A stretch of 64,000 nt of DNA from Candidatus Bathyarchaeota archaeon (lineage in GTDB: Archaea; Thermoproteota; Bathyarchaeia; TCS64), in the NCBI GenBank assembly GCA_030739585.1, contig JASLYX010000003.1, positions 39,812 to 103,811 of the forward strand. The letters are read 5' to 3'. The position numbers were made by a program, and so were the translations under genes. This document shows positions 19,988 to 28,124 of the stretch, piece after piece. Under the pieces are notes generated by a model. That model worked only from the letters and a program-made list of their open reading frames with translations. It was not told where the DNA came from and searched no databases. Numbering within the stretch: the first letter of the stretch is position 1; each line of letters starts with the position of its first letter.

Positions 19988-20998
19988 ATGGGCGATGCAT
20001 TCCCAGTAGTGAAAGCAGCCGTAGTACAGGCCTCCCCCATCCTCTTTGATCGTGAGGCAACGAGTGAAAAGGCCCTCCATTTGATCTCTGAAGCCGCGCT
20101 AAACGGATCCAAACTAATCCTCTTTCCTGAGGCATTCATTCCGGCATATCCTAGAGGATTAAGCTTCGGCACTGTTGTGGGCGGCCGGAAACCTGAGGGA
20201 CGTCTGACCTGGGAGAGATACTGGACAAACTCGGTGGACGTGCCTGGACCCACCACCGATATATTGGGGGAGGCGGCGAGGAAAGCCGGTGCCTACCTAG
20301 CTATTGGGGTAATTGAGCGGGACAGTCAGTACAGTCGCGGCACTCTTTACTGCACGCTTCTCTACTTCGGGCCTGATGGCCGGCTGTTGGGCAAGCATCG
20401 GAAAATCATGCCCACAGCCGCAGAGCGGCTGATCTGGGGAGTCGGAGATGGCAGCACATTAACCACGATAGATACGGAGATCGGGACCCTTGGAGGATTG
20501 ATCTGCTGGGAGAACTATATGCCCCTGGCCAGGACCTTCATGTACAGCAAGGGCGTGGAGATCTATCTTGCCCCTACAGCCGACGCCCGGGAACGGTGGA
20601 ACAGCACCCTCCGACATATCGCCTTGGAGGGGCGTTGCTTTGTCCTAGGTTGCAACCAGTATGTAACCAAGAGCATGTACCCCGAGGACCTAGAGGGGAT
20701 TCAGGACCTCAAGGAGTACCCTGAGACGGTATGCCGGGGAGGAAGTGTCATCATCTCCCCTTTGGGTGACGTGTTAGAGGGTCCCCTCTACGATCGGGAG
20801 GGCATTCTATACGCCGACCTGGATCTTGCTCAAGTGGTACGGGGTCGTTTCGATTTCGATGCTGTTGGTCATTATTCTCGACCCGATATCTTTCAGCTGC
20901 AGGTAGACGAGCGCTCAAAGCCAACAGTTCTCTCAACCGGCGTCCCATTTAAATCGCTCAAGAGATCCAATGAAACTGTAACAAATAAAAACACCTGA
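19988..20998 (+). CDS. nitrilase / carbon-nitrogen hydrolase
   Basis: E-K-C triad: FPEAF, HRKIMPT, ICWEN; DAVGHYSRPD. Confidence 0.95.
   Translation: MGDAFPVVKAAVVQASPILFDREATSEKALHLISEAALNGSKLILFPEAFIPAYPRGLSFGTVVGGRKPEGRLTWERYWTNSVDVPGPTTDILGEAARKAGAYLAIGVIERDSQYSRGTLYCTLLYFGPDGRLLGKHRKIMPTAAERLIWGVGDGSTLTTIDTEIGTLGGLICWENYMPLARTFMYSKGVEIYLAPTADARERWNSTLRHIALEGRCFVLGCNQYVTKSMYPEDLEGIQDLKEYPETVCRGGSVIISPLGDVLEGPLYDREGILYADLDLAQVVRGRFDFDAVGHYSRPDIFQLQVDERSKPTVLSTGVPFKSLKRSNETVTNKNT
20672..20755 (+). repeat. 84-bp perfect direct repeat, copy 1 (inside the nitrilase gene)
   Basis: AGCATGTACC...GTCATCATC is identical to 23016-23099; the flanks differ on both sides. Confidence 0.95.
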
Positions 20999-21361
20999 CG
21001 GGAAAACCGTTTCTAGTGGTGCGCGAGGGTGCAGACCCACCGTGGTACGCCCTTGAGCACTTGTCTAAGGTCAAAATAATCTCCATGACAACCTTTTCTC
21101 TTTGATACTGCATGGGATCCAGGAGGAGCTCTCTCTTGCCATCATCCACTAAACTCAACTTAGAGGAGATGTTATCTATCTACTTTTCTTAGCTCCCGCT
21201 TTCTCCATGGCAATCAGGGTCTCCTTGGAGGCCCCCCGTAAGGACTTGGGTTGTCCTTCTTACTATAGGCCCTGAAACACAGGGTCGTCGTCAGGGTTTG
21301 AGCGGTCTCGGGTTGGCTTGTCTCCCGCTTTTTAGCGTCGGATTTTCATAAAAAGTAAAAT

Positions 21362-22744
21362 ATGGTAAAGTCAAACTCTGAAAGGATCCCGTTGACTTGG
21401 ACGCCGGTACCCTTGGGCAGATGGCTGAAGATGTTCCTTGGAATGGGCTTGTTGTTGAGCTGTTTGTTCCTAGCTGGCAGATCGGTTTTACGCCAATCCT
21501 CAAGCCTAGATATAGATGAATCTTTACAACCTAAACCAACCCCTTCATCCTCACCTTCACCAAGTCCAAGTCCAAGTCCAAGTCCAAGTCCAAGTCCAAG
21601 TCCAAGTCCAAGTCCAAGTCCAAGTCCAAGTCCAAGTCCAACCCCTGACCCTAAACCTGACCTCTTCACCGGGGGGCATTACACGATTTATCAGGGCGGC
21701 GGGGGATACGGGTTTTATCAGGGCGAGCTTCGTCGGGAGGGGGAGACCTCCCCGGATGCGAGTTATATCATCCAGAGGGTGTTTGAGTTGGCGAGGGGGG
21801 GTGGGAAGATCGTTCTCCGGAAGGGGGTCTACCGTCTATCGAGGGGGCTGGTGATCCGGGAGGGGTGGCATTTCTACCTGGAGGGGGACGACGAGTACTC
21901 CACCATCCTACTGTACTCGGGGGAGCCTGCCCTGTATATTCTGCAGCTTCAGGGGAACAACCAGGGGACCAGGCTGAGTGGTTTCACTCTCTCGGGTTCC
22001 GAGGCTCGGGTGGCGCTCATCGTCAACACGACGTCCTATCAGAGTCTTGTGGAGCTCGACCATCTCCAGATAGGCTGGAATTATCGCTACGATGAGTGGG
22101 GCGGCGAGTACGAAAGGACGGACTTTGGCCTCTTCGTTTACATGAGCGATGTGTTGAGGGTCTCCGATTCGGATATTTACGGGAACGACGTCGCGGTGAG
22201 GATCGGCTCCGGGACGGATATGTTCTTCACGGATACGGATTTCGCGGTGCTGCCCATCGGGGGGGAGAAGTACAGGATAGGTTTCTGGGCCAACACGGTG
22301 GCCAACGATGGGTGGGGGATGAGAGTCTTCGAGGGCACGGTCTACATCTCCCGGTGCACCAACAACGCTCCCCTCTCCACGGGGTACCTGCTGAGGAGTT
22401 TCGCGCATCTGAGCGACAGCTACATGGAGAACGGGCGGAATCCGTTGGTGTGTGAGAACGCGGTGTTCAACGTCGAGAACAGCAACTTCATGAGTGAACC
22501 CGGCACTGTCGCGGTCATCAACGCCATGGGGAGCACGGGGTTCTTCGAGAACAATTTCGTCACGATCCATCCCGAGAACACGGAGATAATGTACCTCCTC
22601 GCCCACAGCTTCGACACCCCCACCGGGATGATCCATTTCAAGGACATCCGGGTTTTCGACTATGCCGGGAATCTGCCTGCGGAGTATTTTCTTGGGAACC
22701 CTGAGCACAGGGTCACGTCGGATATAATAATCGATGTTCCCTGA
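21362..22744 (+). CDS. membrane-anchored protein with Pro/Ser stalk and right-handed beta-helix (pectin-lyase-like) domain
   Basis: Hydrophobic N-terminal segment, (PS)n linker, DASYIIQRVFELARGGGKIVLRKGVY beta-helix cap motif, repeated short beta strands. Confidence 0.75.
   Translation: MVKSNSERIPLTWTPVPLGRWLKMFLGMGLLLSCLFLAGRSVLRQSSSLDIDESLQPKPTPSSSPSPSPSPSPSPSPSPSPSPSPSPSPSPSPTPDPKPDLFTGGHYTIYQGGGGYGFYQGELRREGETSPDASYIIQRVFELARGGGKIVLRKGVYRLSRGLVIREGWHFYLEGDDEYSTILLYSGEPALYILQLQGNNQGTRLSGFTLSGSEARVALIVNTTSYQSLVELDHLQIGWNYRYDEWGGEYERTDFGLFVYMSDVLRVSDSDIYGNDVAVRIGSGTDMFFTDTDFAVLPIGGEKYRIGFWANTVANDGWGMRVFEGTVYISRCTNNAPLSTGYLLRSFAHLSDSYMENGRNPLVCENAVFNVENSNFMSEPGTVAVINAMGSTGFFENNFVTIHPENTEIMYLLAHSFDTPTGMIHFKDIRVFDYAGNLPAEYFLGNPEHRVTSDIIIDVP
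21560..21640 (+). repeat. (CCAAGT)13 hexanucleotide microsatellite encoding Pro-Ser
   Basis: 13 perfect units at 21560-21637 plus CCA, counted directly. Confidence 0.97.
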
Positions 22745-23015
22745 ATGGGATCGGTGACCTAGCTCCGGCCAAGGGGAGATGCGCCGCGTGCGGGGACTTT
22801 TACTTCGACGGGGACGCCTCAAGGCTCCTGGACTTCAGGCTAAGAGTTGGGTAGTCTGGCGTGGGTCGCCATGGCTCGTTGGGCTGTTGGCCTAGAAGAT
22901 GCCGAAGAAAAGCCTCAGGAATCAGATGAAGATCCTGAGGGGTAGCAGGGCTAGGTTCACTATGAGGCCGACGAAGATCCCGATGCTCATGACGGAGAGG
23001 GATACGAGCCCCAGC

Positions 23016-23330
23016 AGCATGTACCCCGAGGACCTAGAGGGGATTCAGGACCTCAAGGAGTACCCTGAGACGGTATGCCGGGGAGGAAGTGTCATCATCG
23101 CTCCTCTTGGCGAGGAGCTGGCGGGGCCCCTTTACGACAGTGAGGGCATCCTGTATGCCGATCTGGATCTGGCCCAGGTGGTACGTAGCCGCTTCGACTT
23201 CGATGTTGTTGGCCACTATTCTCGCCCAGACATCTTTCAGCTGCTGGTCGACGAACGCTCCAAGCCATCCGTCCTTTCAAGGGTAGGAGGTCCGGCTGAG
23301 TCGCGCACGGAAATCGATGAAACGGAATAA
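23016..23330 (+). pseudogene. orphan 3' fragment of a nitrilase, starting at 84-bp repeat copy 2 (23016-23099)
   Basis: SMYPEDLEG...DVVGHYSRPD...DETE*; lacks the whole catalytic triad; upstream sequence is unrelated. Confidence 0.9.
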
Positions 23331-23370
23331 TCGTAGAGGCCGTTAGACCGGCTGTCTACGCGCGGGTTAA

Positions 23371-23535
23371 TCACGCGAGGAACTTGAGGGCGTTTTCCCC
23401 GAGTACGAGGGATTTCTGCTCGTCGGTGAGGAGCGGGAGCTCGCTGATCCTCTCTGCTTTTGCGTCTGAACACCCTGCCGCCTTGAATGACGCCAAGGAG
23501 ATCCGACTCAACCTTTCCGCTGATATCGTGACCAT
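23371..23535 (-). pseudogene. 54-aa chimeric deletion scar: Ldh_2-like N-terminus fused to an amidohydrolase-like C-terminus
   Basis: MVTISAERLSRISLASFKAAGCSDAKAERI joined to SELPLLTDEQKSLVLGENALKFLA*. Confidence 0.55.
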
Positions 23536-23681
23536 GTTATTACAACCTTAACGAGAAGTTTGTCGTCAAATCGTATAAGGTATCTCATAGGTGGAGCGTC
23601 GGGTCATTCGCGTCTAAGGGGGCAGCGCGCGCGGCCCATATTCTTTTCTTGACTTTCGGCAATGTACATTGTGAAGTTTCT

Positions 23682-24227
23682 TTGGTTAATTACGTCTATA
23701 TTGCTGCAAGTCTGGATGGTTTCATCGCCACAAAAGACGGGGGTCTCGACTGGCTTAATGAGATTCCTAATCCAGATCAAACCGATTACAGGTACGCTGA
23801 GTTCAATAGTGGTATCGATGCTATCGTGATGGGAAGAAATACATTTGAAAAAGTCTTGACCTTTGGTTTCTGGCCATATGATAAGCCTGTATTTGTTCTT
23901 AGTCATACTCTTGAAAGTGTACCCGATGACATTGTTGGTAAAGCTGAAATCGTTAAGGGTGATTTGAGGAATCTTCTTGACAAGCTGAAGAAACGAGGGC
24001 TTCAGAATCTCTACATTGATGGAGGGCGCGTTATTCAGAGCTTTCTCGAAGAGGACCTTATAGACGAAATGATCATTACGAGGGTTCCGATTCTGCTTGG
24101 GGAGGGCATTCCGTTATTCGGTAAAATTGAGAACAGTTTGAAGTTTAGCCTTAAGAAGACTGAGGGCTTCAATGAAACACTCGTTAAAAATCATTACATC
24201 CGCGTACGTGAGAAGAACCAGAGTTGA
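23682..24227 (+). CDS. dihydrofolate reductase family (RibD C-terminal-like) protein
   Basis: YIAASLDGFIA, IVMGRNTFE, LYIDGG, LIDEMIITRVPILLGEG; likely TTG start at 23682. Confidence 0.9.
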   Translation: MVNYVYIAASLDGFIATKDGGLDWLNEIPNPDQTDYRYAEFNSGIDAIVMGRNTFEKVLTFGFWPYDKPVFVLSHTLESVPDDIVGKAEIVKGDLRNLLDKLKKRGLQNLYIDGGRVIQSFLEEDLIDEMIITRVPILLGEGIPLFGKIENSLKFSLKKTEGFNETLVKNHYIRVREKNQS

Positions 24228-24256
24228 CAAAGAACCCTGATGTGCGCGCAACGGGG

Positions 24257-24381
24257 AAGAACATTCTCCGGTGTGAGGACCCGTATTCATATTCTCAGTA
24301 AAAGTCTTTCAATGCTTCTCGCGTCTCTGTGGGGAAGTCTCTCAGGGGTGAAATCGTGGTCATAGAATCACGTATTATTCT
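24257..24381 (-). pseudogene. possible Orc1/Cdc6 N-terminal remnant
   Basis: RIIRD / DHDFTPERLPHRD ... PENVL with a frameshift and a stop; resembles the Cdc6 pattern PxxLPHRE...PxN; no Walker A. Confidence 0.35.
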
Positions 24382-24462
24382 TTGTTTTATGGAGATAAAA
24401 AAGTTAGCGGCCCTGCGTTCATGTTAAAAACACGGTCGATGAGAACTAGGGATGGTGTTTGA

Positions 24463-25227
24463 ATGGTTCAGCTTGCCGAGAAGTCGTGGCCCGAGGCGGG
24501 AAAGATCTTCGAGGAGAACGATGTTGCGATCCTCCCGGTGGGGAGCACGGAGCAGCACGGCCCCCACAACCCCCTGGGGACAGACCACCTCATAGCTTCG
24601 AGGATGTCCTTAGAGGTGGGGGAGAGGACCGGAGTCCCCGTGCTCCCTTTGATCCCGGTGGGGGTCTCCGTCCACCACAGGCAGTTCCCGGGGTCCCTCT
24701 GGGTGCCTCCCGCTGTCTTTAGGGACTACATAAGGGCAATCGCCCTGTCCGTTGCAAGCCACGGTATCAGGAAGCTTTTGGTGATCAACGGTCACGGGGG
24801 GAACACTCCGAGCCTTATGGAGGTCGCCGGGGAGCTCCGGAGGGAGCACGGGGTTTTCGCGGCTGTCGCCTCCGCCTTTCCGCCGATGGATGGCCATGCG
24901 GGGGAGGGGGAGACCAGCGCCAACCTCTACTTCCACGGCCACCTCGTGGATATGTCCAAGGCAGTGGACACGAAGCAGAACGAGGAGCTGGGAGGCCTCA
25001 AGGTCGAGGGATTCAACTTCATCTACCCGGGGAGATTCGCATGGGACACCCCTGATCTGAGCCCCACCGGGGTGATAGGGAACGCCGGGGTCACCATCAG
25101 AGCCACCACCGCTTCCGAGGAGAAGGGCCGGGAGGCCATGGAGCTCCACATCGACGACCTATGTGCCCTGGTGGAGGAGCTGAAGAAGGCGGAGATTAAA
25201 GGGCTCCTTCCAAAGCCACATAAATGA
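24463..25227 (+). CDS. creatininase / creatinine amidohydrolase family protein
   Basis: PVGSTEQHGPHNPLGTD, NGHGGN, HAGEGETS. Confidence 0.9.
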   Translation: MVQLAEKSWPEAGKIFEENDVAILPVGSTEQHGPHNPLGTDHLIASRMSLEVGERTGVPVLPLIPVGVSVHHRQFPGSLWVPPAVFRDYIRAIALSVASHGIRKLLVINGHGGNTPSLMEVAGELRREHGVFAAVASAFPPMDGHAGEGETSANLYFHGHLVDMSKAVDTKQNEELGGLKVEGFNFIYPGRFAWDTPDLSPTGVIGNAGVTIRATTASEEKGREAMELHIDDLCALVEELKKAEIKGLLPKPHK

Positions 25228-25470
25228 CTCAAGCCTGAGAGAGAGAAGTTCCCCCTAGAGAATGGGGTCCCTAGCCATGGCTGCTCAGAACCCTAACTAG
25301 GTGGGTATGATCCACCAACGCGCGCGGCTATTTACCTCTGGAATGACACACTCAATAAGGATCTTTATGAATTTGAAGCACTCAGCTTAATCTTCCCCAA
25401 GCTTACTCAGGGTGATACCGTGCACGAAAAAACCTATAAATTGTTTACGCGCTTGAACGGGAGCAGTATA

Positions 25471-25815
25471 CTAAATTTGGATGGTCTGAGGGCCGTCCCA
25501 GTAAAATAGGAGGATAGTCTCTTTTGAACAGTTCGAGGCTCCATGTTTTTCCCCCTTAAGGGTGTATGTAGATACCCCGTCCATGGTAGTTTTGACCCCT
25601 TGAGGTGACTTAACCTCCCCCTTGATGCAGTAGAAGAGTTGGTTGGCATCGGGATGGCTGTGAATCCTGTCTGCCACTCCCATTGGGAACTTTAGCAGTG
25701 CCATCATGGCCCCTGTCTCATTGTCTCTCCAGATCACCTTCTACTTCACGTCGGTGAGGTAGTAGCCCCTAGGCGGGTCCTCCCACTCAATCCCTTTAGT
25801 GTCCACCGTTATCAT
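25471..25815 (-). pseudogene. cupin-domain gene with one in-frame TAG (25741-25743)
   Basis: MITVDTKGIEWEDPPRGYYLTDVK*KVIWRDNETG...HSHPDANQ...GEKH; SD-like GAGGA upstream of ATG 25815. Confidence 0.7.
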
Positions 25816-25991
25816 TTTCATTCCTCGTAGAGGTTATTTTGAAAGTTAGGGAAAAATCGTGGAAAAAGGTTTGTATTCCAACCGATTGTATTTCTGCATC
25901 TAATGGGAGTATTGGTTTTGGGAGAATAAAGGGCACCAACGAAGGGTTAAATGTGTTGAATGTGAAATGTCCGCCTGTGGTCTCCAAACTC

Positions 25992-26654
25992 GTGGAGAAC
26001 TGGCTGAAGTTCCTGGGGAGAATGCCCTCCCTCCTCCTAGGTCAGTTCCTCTTCTCCTTAGGGGTAGTGGCCAATCTAAACGCGGGGCTTGGGGTGAGAC
26101 CGTGGGACGTCCTCTGTGTAGGCGTGATGGGTTATACGCCGTTCACCTTAGGGCGGGTGGCCCAAGTTCTAAGTCTAGTTGTCCTGGTATTTGGGTGGAT
26201 GTTGGGGTATCCCCCTGGATTCAGCACCGTCACCAACACATACTTTATCGGAGTCTTCATCGACCTCATTATTGTGTGGGACGTGGTCCCATTACCAACC
26301 AAAGCGTTTTTGAAACTGGAGCTTCTGATCCTTGCGATAGGACTCTTCGCCGCTGGGTCCCTCTTCTATCTTCGGGTGGGGCTCGGCGCAGGCCCCCGGG
26401 ATGGCTTAATGATGGGTCTCACAGAAAAGCTAGGCTGCTCTATATCAAGAATCCGTGGGATGATGGAGCTAACGCTGGTCACGCTAGGCTTCTTGCTGAA
26501 AGGTCCTGTGGGCTTGGGGACTATAATTATAGCGCTGAGTCTCGGTCCCGCAATCCAGCTCGCGTTCAGAGTGGGGAGATTAGACTCTGAGAACACGGAA
26601 CAACTGAGCTTTCCCCGGCTCGTAAGCGTTCTCAGAGGTCGCGGGGAGTTCTAG
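25992..26654 (+). CDS. YczE/YitT-like membrane protein
   Basis: GLGVRPWDVL, GAGPRDGLM, GPVGLGTI; likely start at 25992 or later. Confidence 0.85.
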   Translation: MENWLKFLGRMPSLLLGQFLFSLGVVANLNAGLGVRPWDVLCVGVMGYTPFTLGRVAQVLSLVVLVFGWMLGYPPGFSTVTNTYFIGVFIDLIIVWDVVPLPTKAFLKLELLILAIGLFAAGSLFYLRVGLGAGPRDGLMMGLTEKLGCSISRIRGMMELTLVTLGFLLKGPVGLGTIIIALSLGPAIQLAFRVGRLDSENTEQLSFPRLVSVLRGRGEF

Positions 26655-26735
26655 TGTCTCTCCTAGACTGGAGAGACCATCAAAAATCGGTCTGAAAAAG
26701 GCACACTGATTCGTGGTGGGATATAGGGTCTGTTT

Positions 26736-27506
26736 TCAGAGGGTCTTTATTTCCTCTCCTTCCATCAGAGCGACAACGTTAAGATACTGAGAGATGCCAG
26801 ATGTCCGTATCTTACGACCTAGTACCTCCTCTATCTGGAAGACCCCCGACGGGTTTTTCATGTGTACTAGAATGTGGACGGGCTCCGGATCCCCAGACTC
26901 GATCTCGACGCTCTTTATTGATAGCGCGGAAAGCGAGTGAATATCTACCTTTCCAGCGTTGTATGGCACCCGTGCCCTTCCCTCTGCCATGTCAGTTCCA
27001 TCCCCAACGGTGATAGCGCCAGCCTCCAAACTTAAGCACTGGACCTCGGTGTGGTGGGCGAAAATGGAGTGGAGAGCCTCGTGCCTTATTCTGAGGGCGA
27101 GCTCCCCGTCGTCTGGGACCACTTTAGTAAGGAGCCTGTCCAGGATGGGGCGGGCGATATTACACCCGTGTATATGGTGATCAGCTCTGTGGATTGAGTT
27201 CCCGATATCATGGAGGTAAGCCCCACAAAGAACAATGAGACGCGCGTCTTCCTTGGAGATTCCGTTCTGCTCCGTGTTGCGCTCCATTTTCTTGTCTAAG
27301 AGATCGAAGATCTCCAGTGAACTGCCAGCAGTTATCCTTGAGTGAACGGCTCCATGGTCGTTATATCTCAGGCGGTTGACAGTCATCATGTTGGACATTT
27401 GGAGGCAGCCCTGGACCTCAGAGTCAGTCTCTAGGAGATCAAACATCTGTTTAACGCGGGGTTCTCCTAGATGGGAATAAACGAGTTCAGTGGTAACTTC
27501 TATCAT
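26736..27506 (-). CDS. HD-domain phosphohydrolase
   Basis: YNDHGAVHSRI, YLHDIGN, VGDGTDMAEGR. Confidence 0.9.
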   Translation of the reverse strand: MIEVTTELVYSHLGEPRVKQMFDLLETDSEVQGCLQMSNMMTVNRLRYNDHGAVHSRITAGSSLEIFDLLDKKMERNTEQNGISKEDARLIVLCGAYLHDIGNSIHRADHHIHGCNIARPILDRLLTKVVPDDGELALRIRHEALHSIFAHHTEVQCLSLEAGAITVGDGTDMAEGRARVPYNAGKVDIHSLSALSIKSVEIESGDPEPVHILVHMKNPSGVFQIEEVLGRKIRTSGISQYLNVVALMEGEEIKTL

Positions 27507-27622
27507 ATATATTCCTCCCTAATACTCAGACTCAGTGCAATAGACATAAAATACGCGTTGGGAGTTAGGGTTATGTTTTTCCCTTTGCTGGCATGCTGAT
27601 AATAATGCGAGAGATTCAACCG

Positions 27623-27708
27623 TGGTGCGGGAGGTGGGACTCGAACCCACGGAGGACTAGTCCATCAGGACCTGAACCTGACCCCTTTGGCCACTCGGGA
27701 ACCCCCGC
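27623..27708 (-). tRNA. tRNA-Leu(CAG), intron-less, encoded CCA
   Basis: Acceptor stem GCGGGGG/CTCCCGC, anticodon arm TCAGG-TTCAGGT-CCTGA, long variable arm GGAC-TA-GTCC, T arm GTGGG-TTCGAGT-CCCAC, ACCA end. Confidence 0.97.
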
Positions 27709-27716
27709 AAGAAAGC

Positions 27717-28124
27717 CTAATGGGAAGACTCAGCCACGTGCCTAATGTACGAAGTGGAGTCCATGAGGTGGACCTTGTCTCCCTCCCAATCCGAGGGCTT
27801 TAGCTTCGCGATCCACCCCTCCCCATAAGGAGACTCGTTGATCAGCTCAGGGCTGTCTAGGAGCTCATCATTCACCTCGATGATGGTGCCCCCCACGGGA
27901 TTGTTCAGATCAGAGACGGCCTTTACTGATTCAAGCGCGCCAATGACTTCCATCAACTCTGCGTCTCCCCCCGCTTCAGGAAGTTCCACGTAAACGATCT
28001 CATGAAGCTGCTTCGAGGCATAATCTGTGACTCCTATGACCACGGTGTCGTCGGCCTCTAGTCTAGCCCACTCATGTTCCTCCGTATATAGGAGGTTCTC
28101 AGGTATATCAAACTCCTCGCTCAT
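27717..28124 (-). CDS. gcvH: glycine cleavage system H protein
   Basis: YTEEHEW, IGVTDYA, lipoyl-lysine motif ESVKAV, INESPYGEGW. Confidence 0.95.
   Translation of the reverse strand: MSEEFDIPENLLYTEEHEWARLEADDTVVIGVTDYASKQLHEIVYVELPEAGGDAELMEVIGALESVKAVSDLNNPVGGTIIEVNDELLDSPELINESPYGEGWIAKLKPSDWEGDKVHLMDSTSYIRHVAESSH

Noticed and set aside
21560-21640. Possible CRISPR array
   Set aside because: It is a spacerless 6-bp tandem repeat; no repeat-spacer array or cas gene was seen anywhere in the window.
21346-21854. ORFs encoding (GL)n and (QV)n
   Set aside because: These are alternative-frame shadows of the CCAAGT microsatellite; the Pro-Ser frame belongs to the long coherent ORF.
5940-25330. 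Integron-like cassette array with the CG motifs as attC sites
   Set aside because: No RYYYAAC...GTTRRRY pairs with long imperfect hairpins, gene orientations are mixed, and there is no intI.
21016-27634. GTGGTGCGCGAGG (21016-21028) matches the tRNA-Leu 3' end GTGGTGCGGGAGG (27622-27634) at 12/13, suggesting attL/attR of a tRNA-integrated island
   Set aside because: Too short to exclude chance, no integrase is present, and the gene next to the tRNA looks like an ordinary HD-domain gene.
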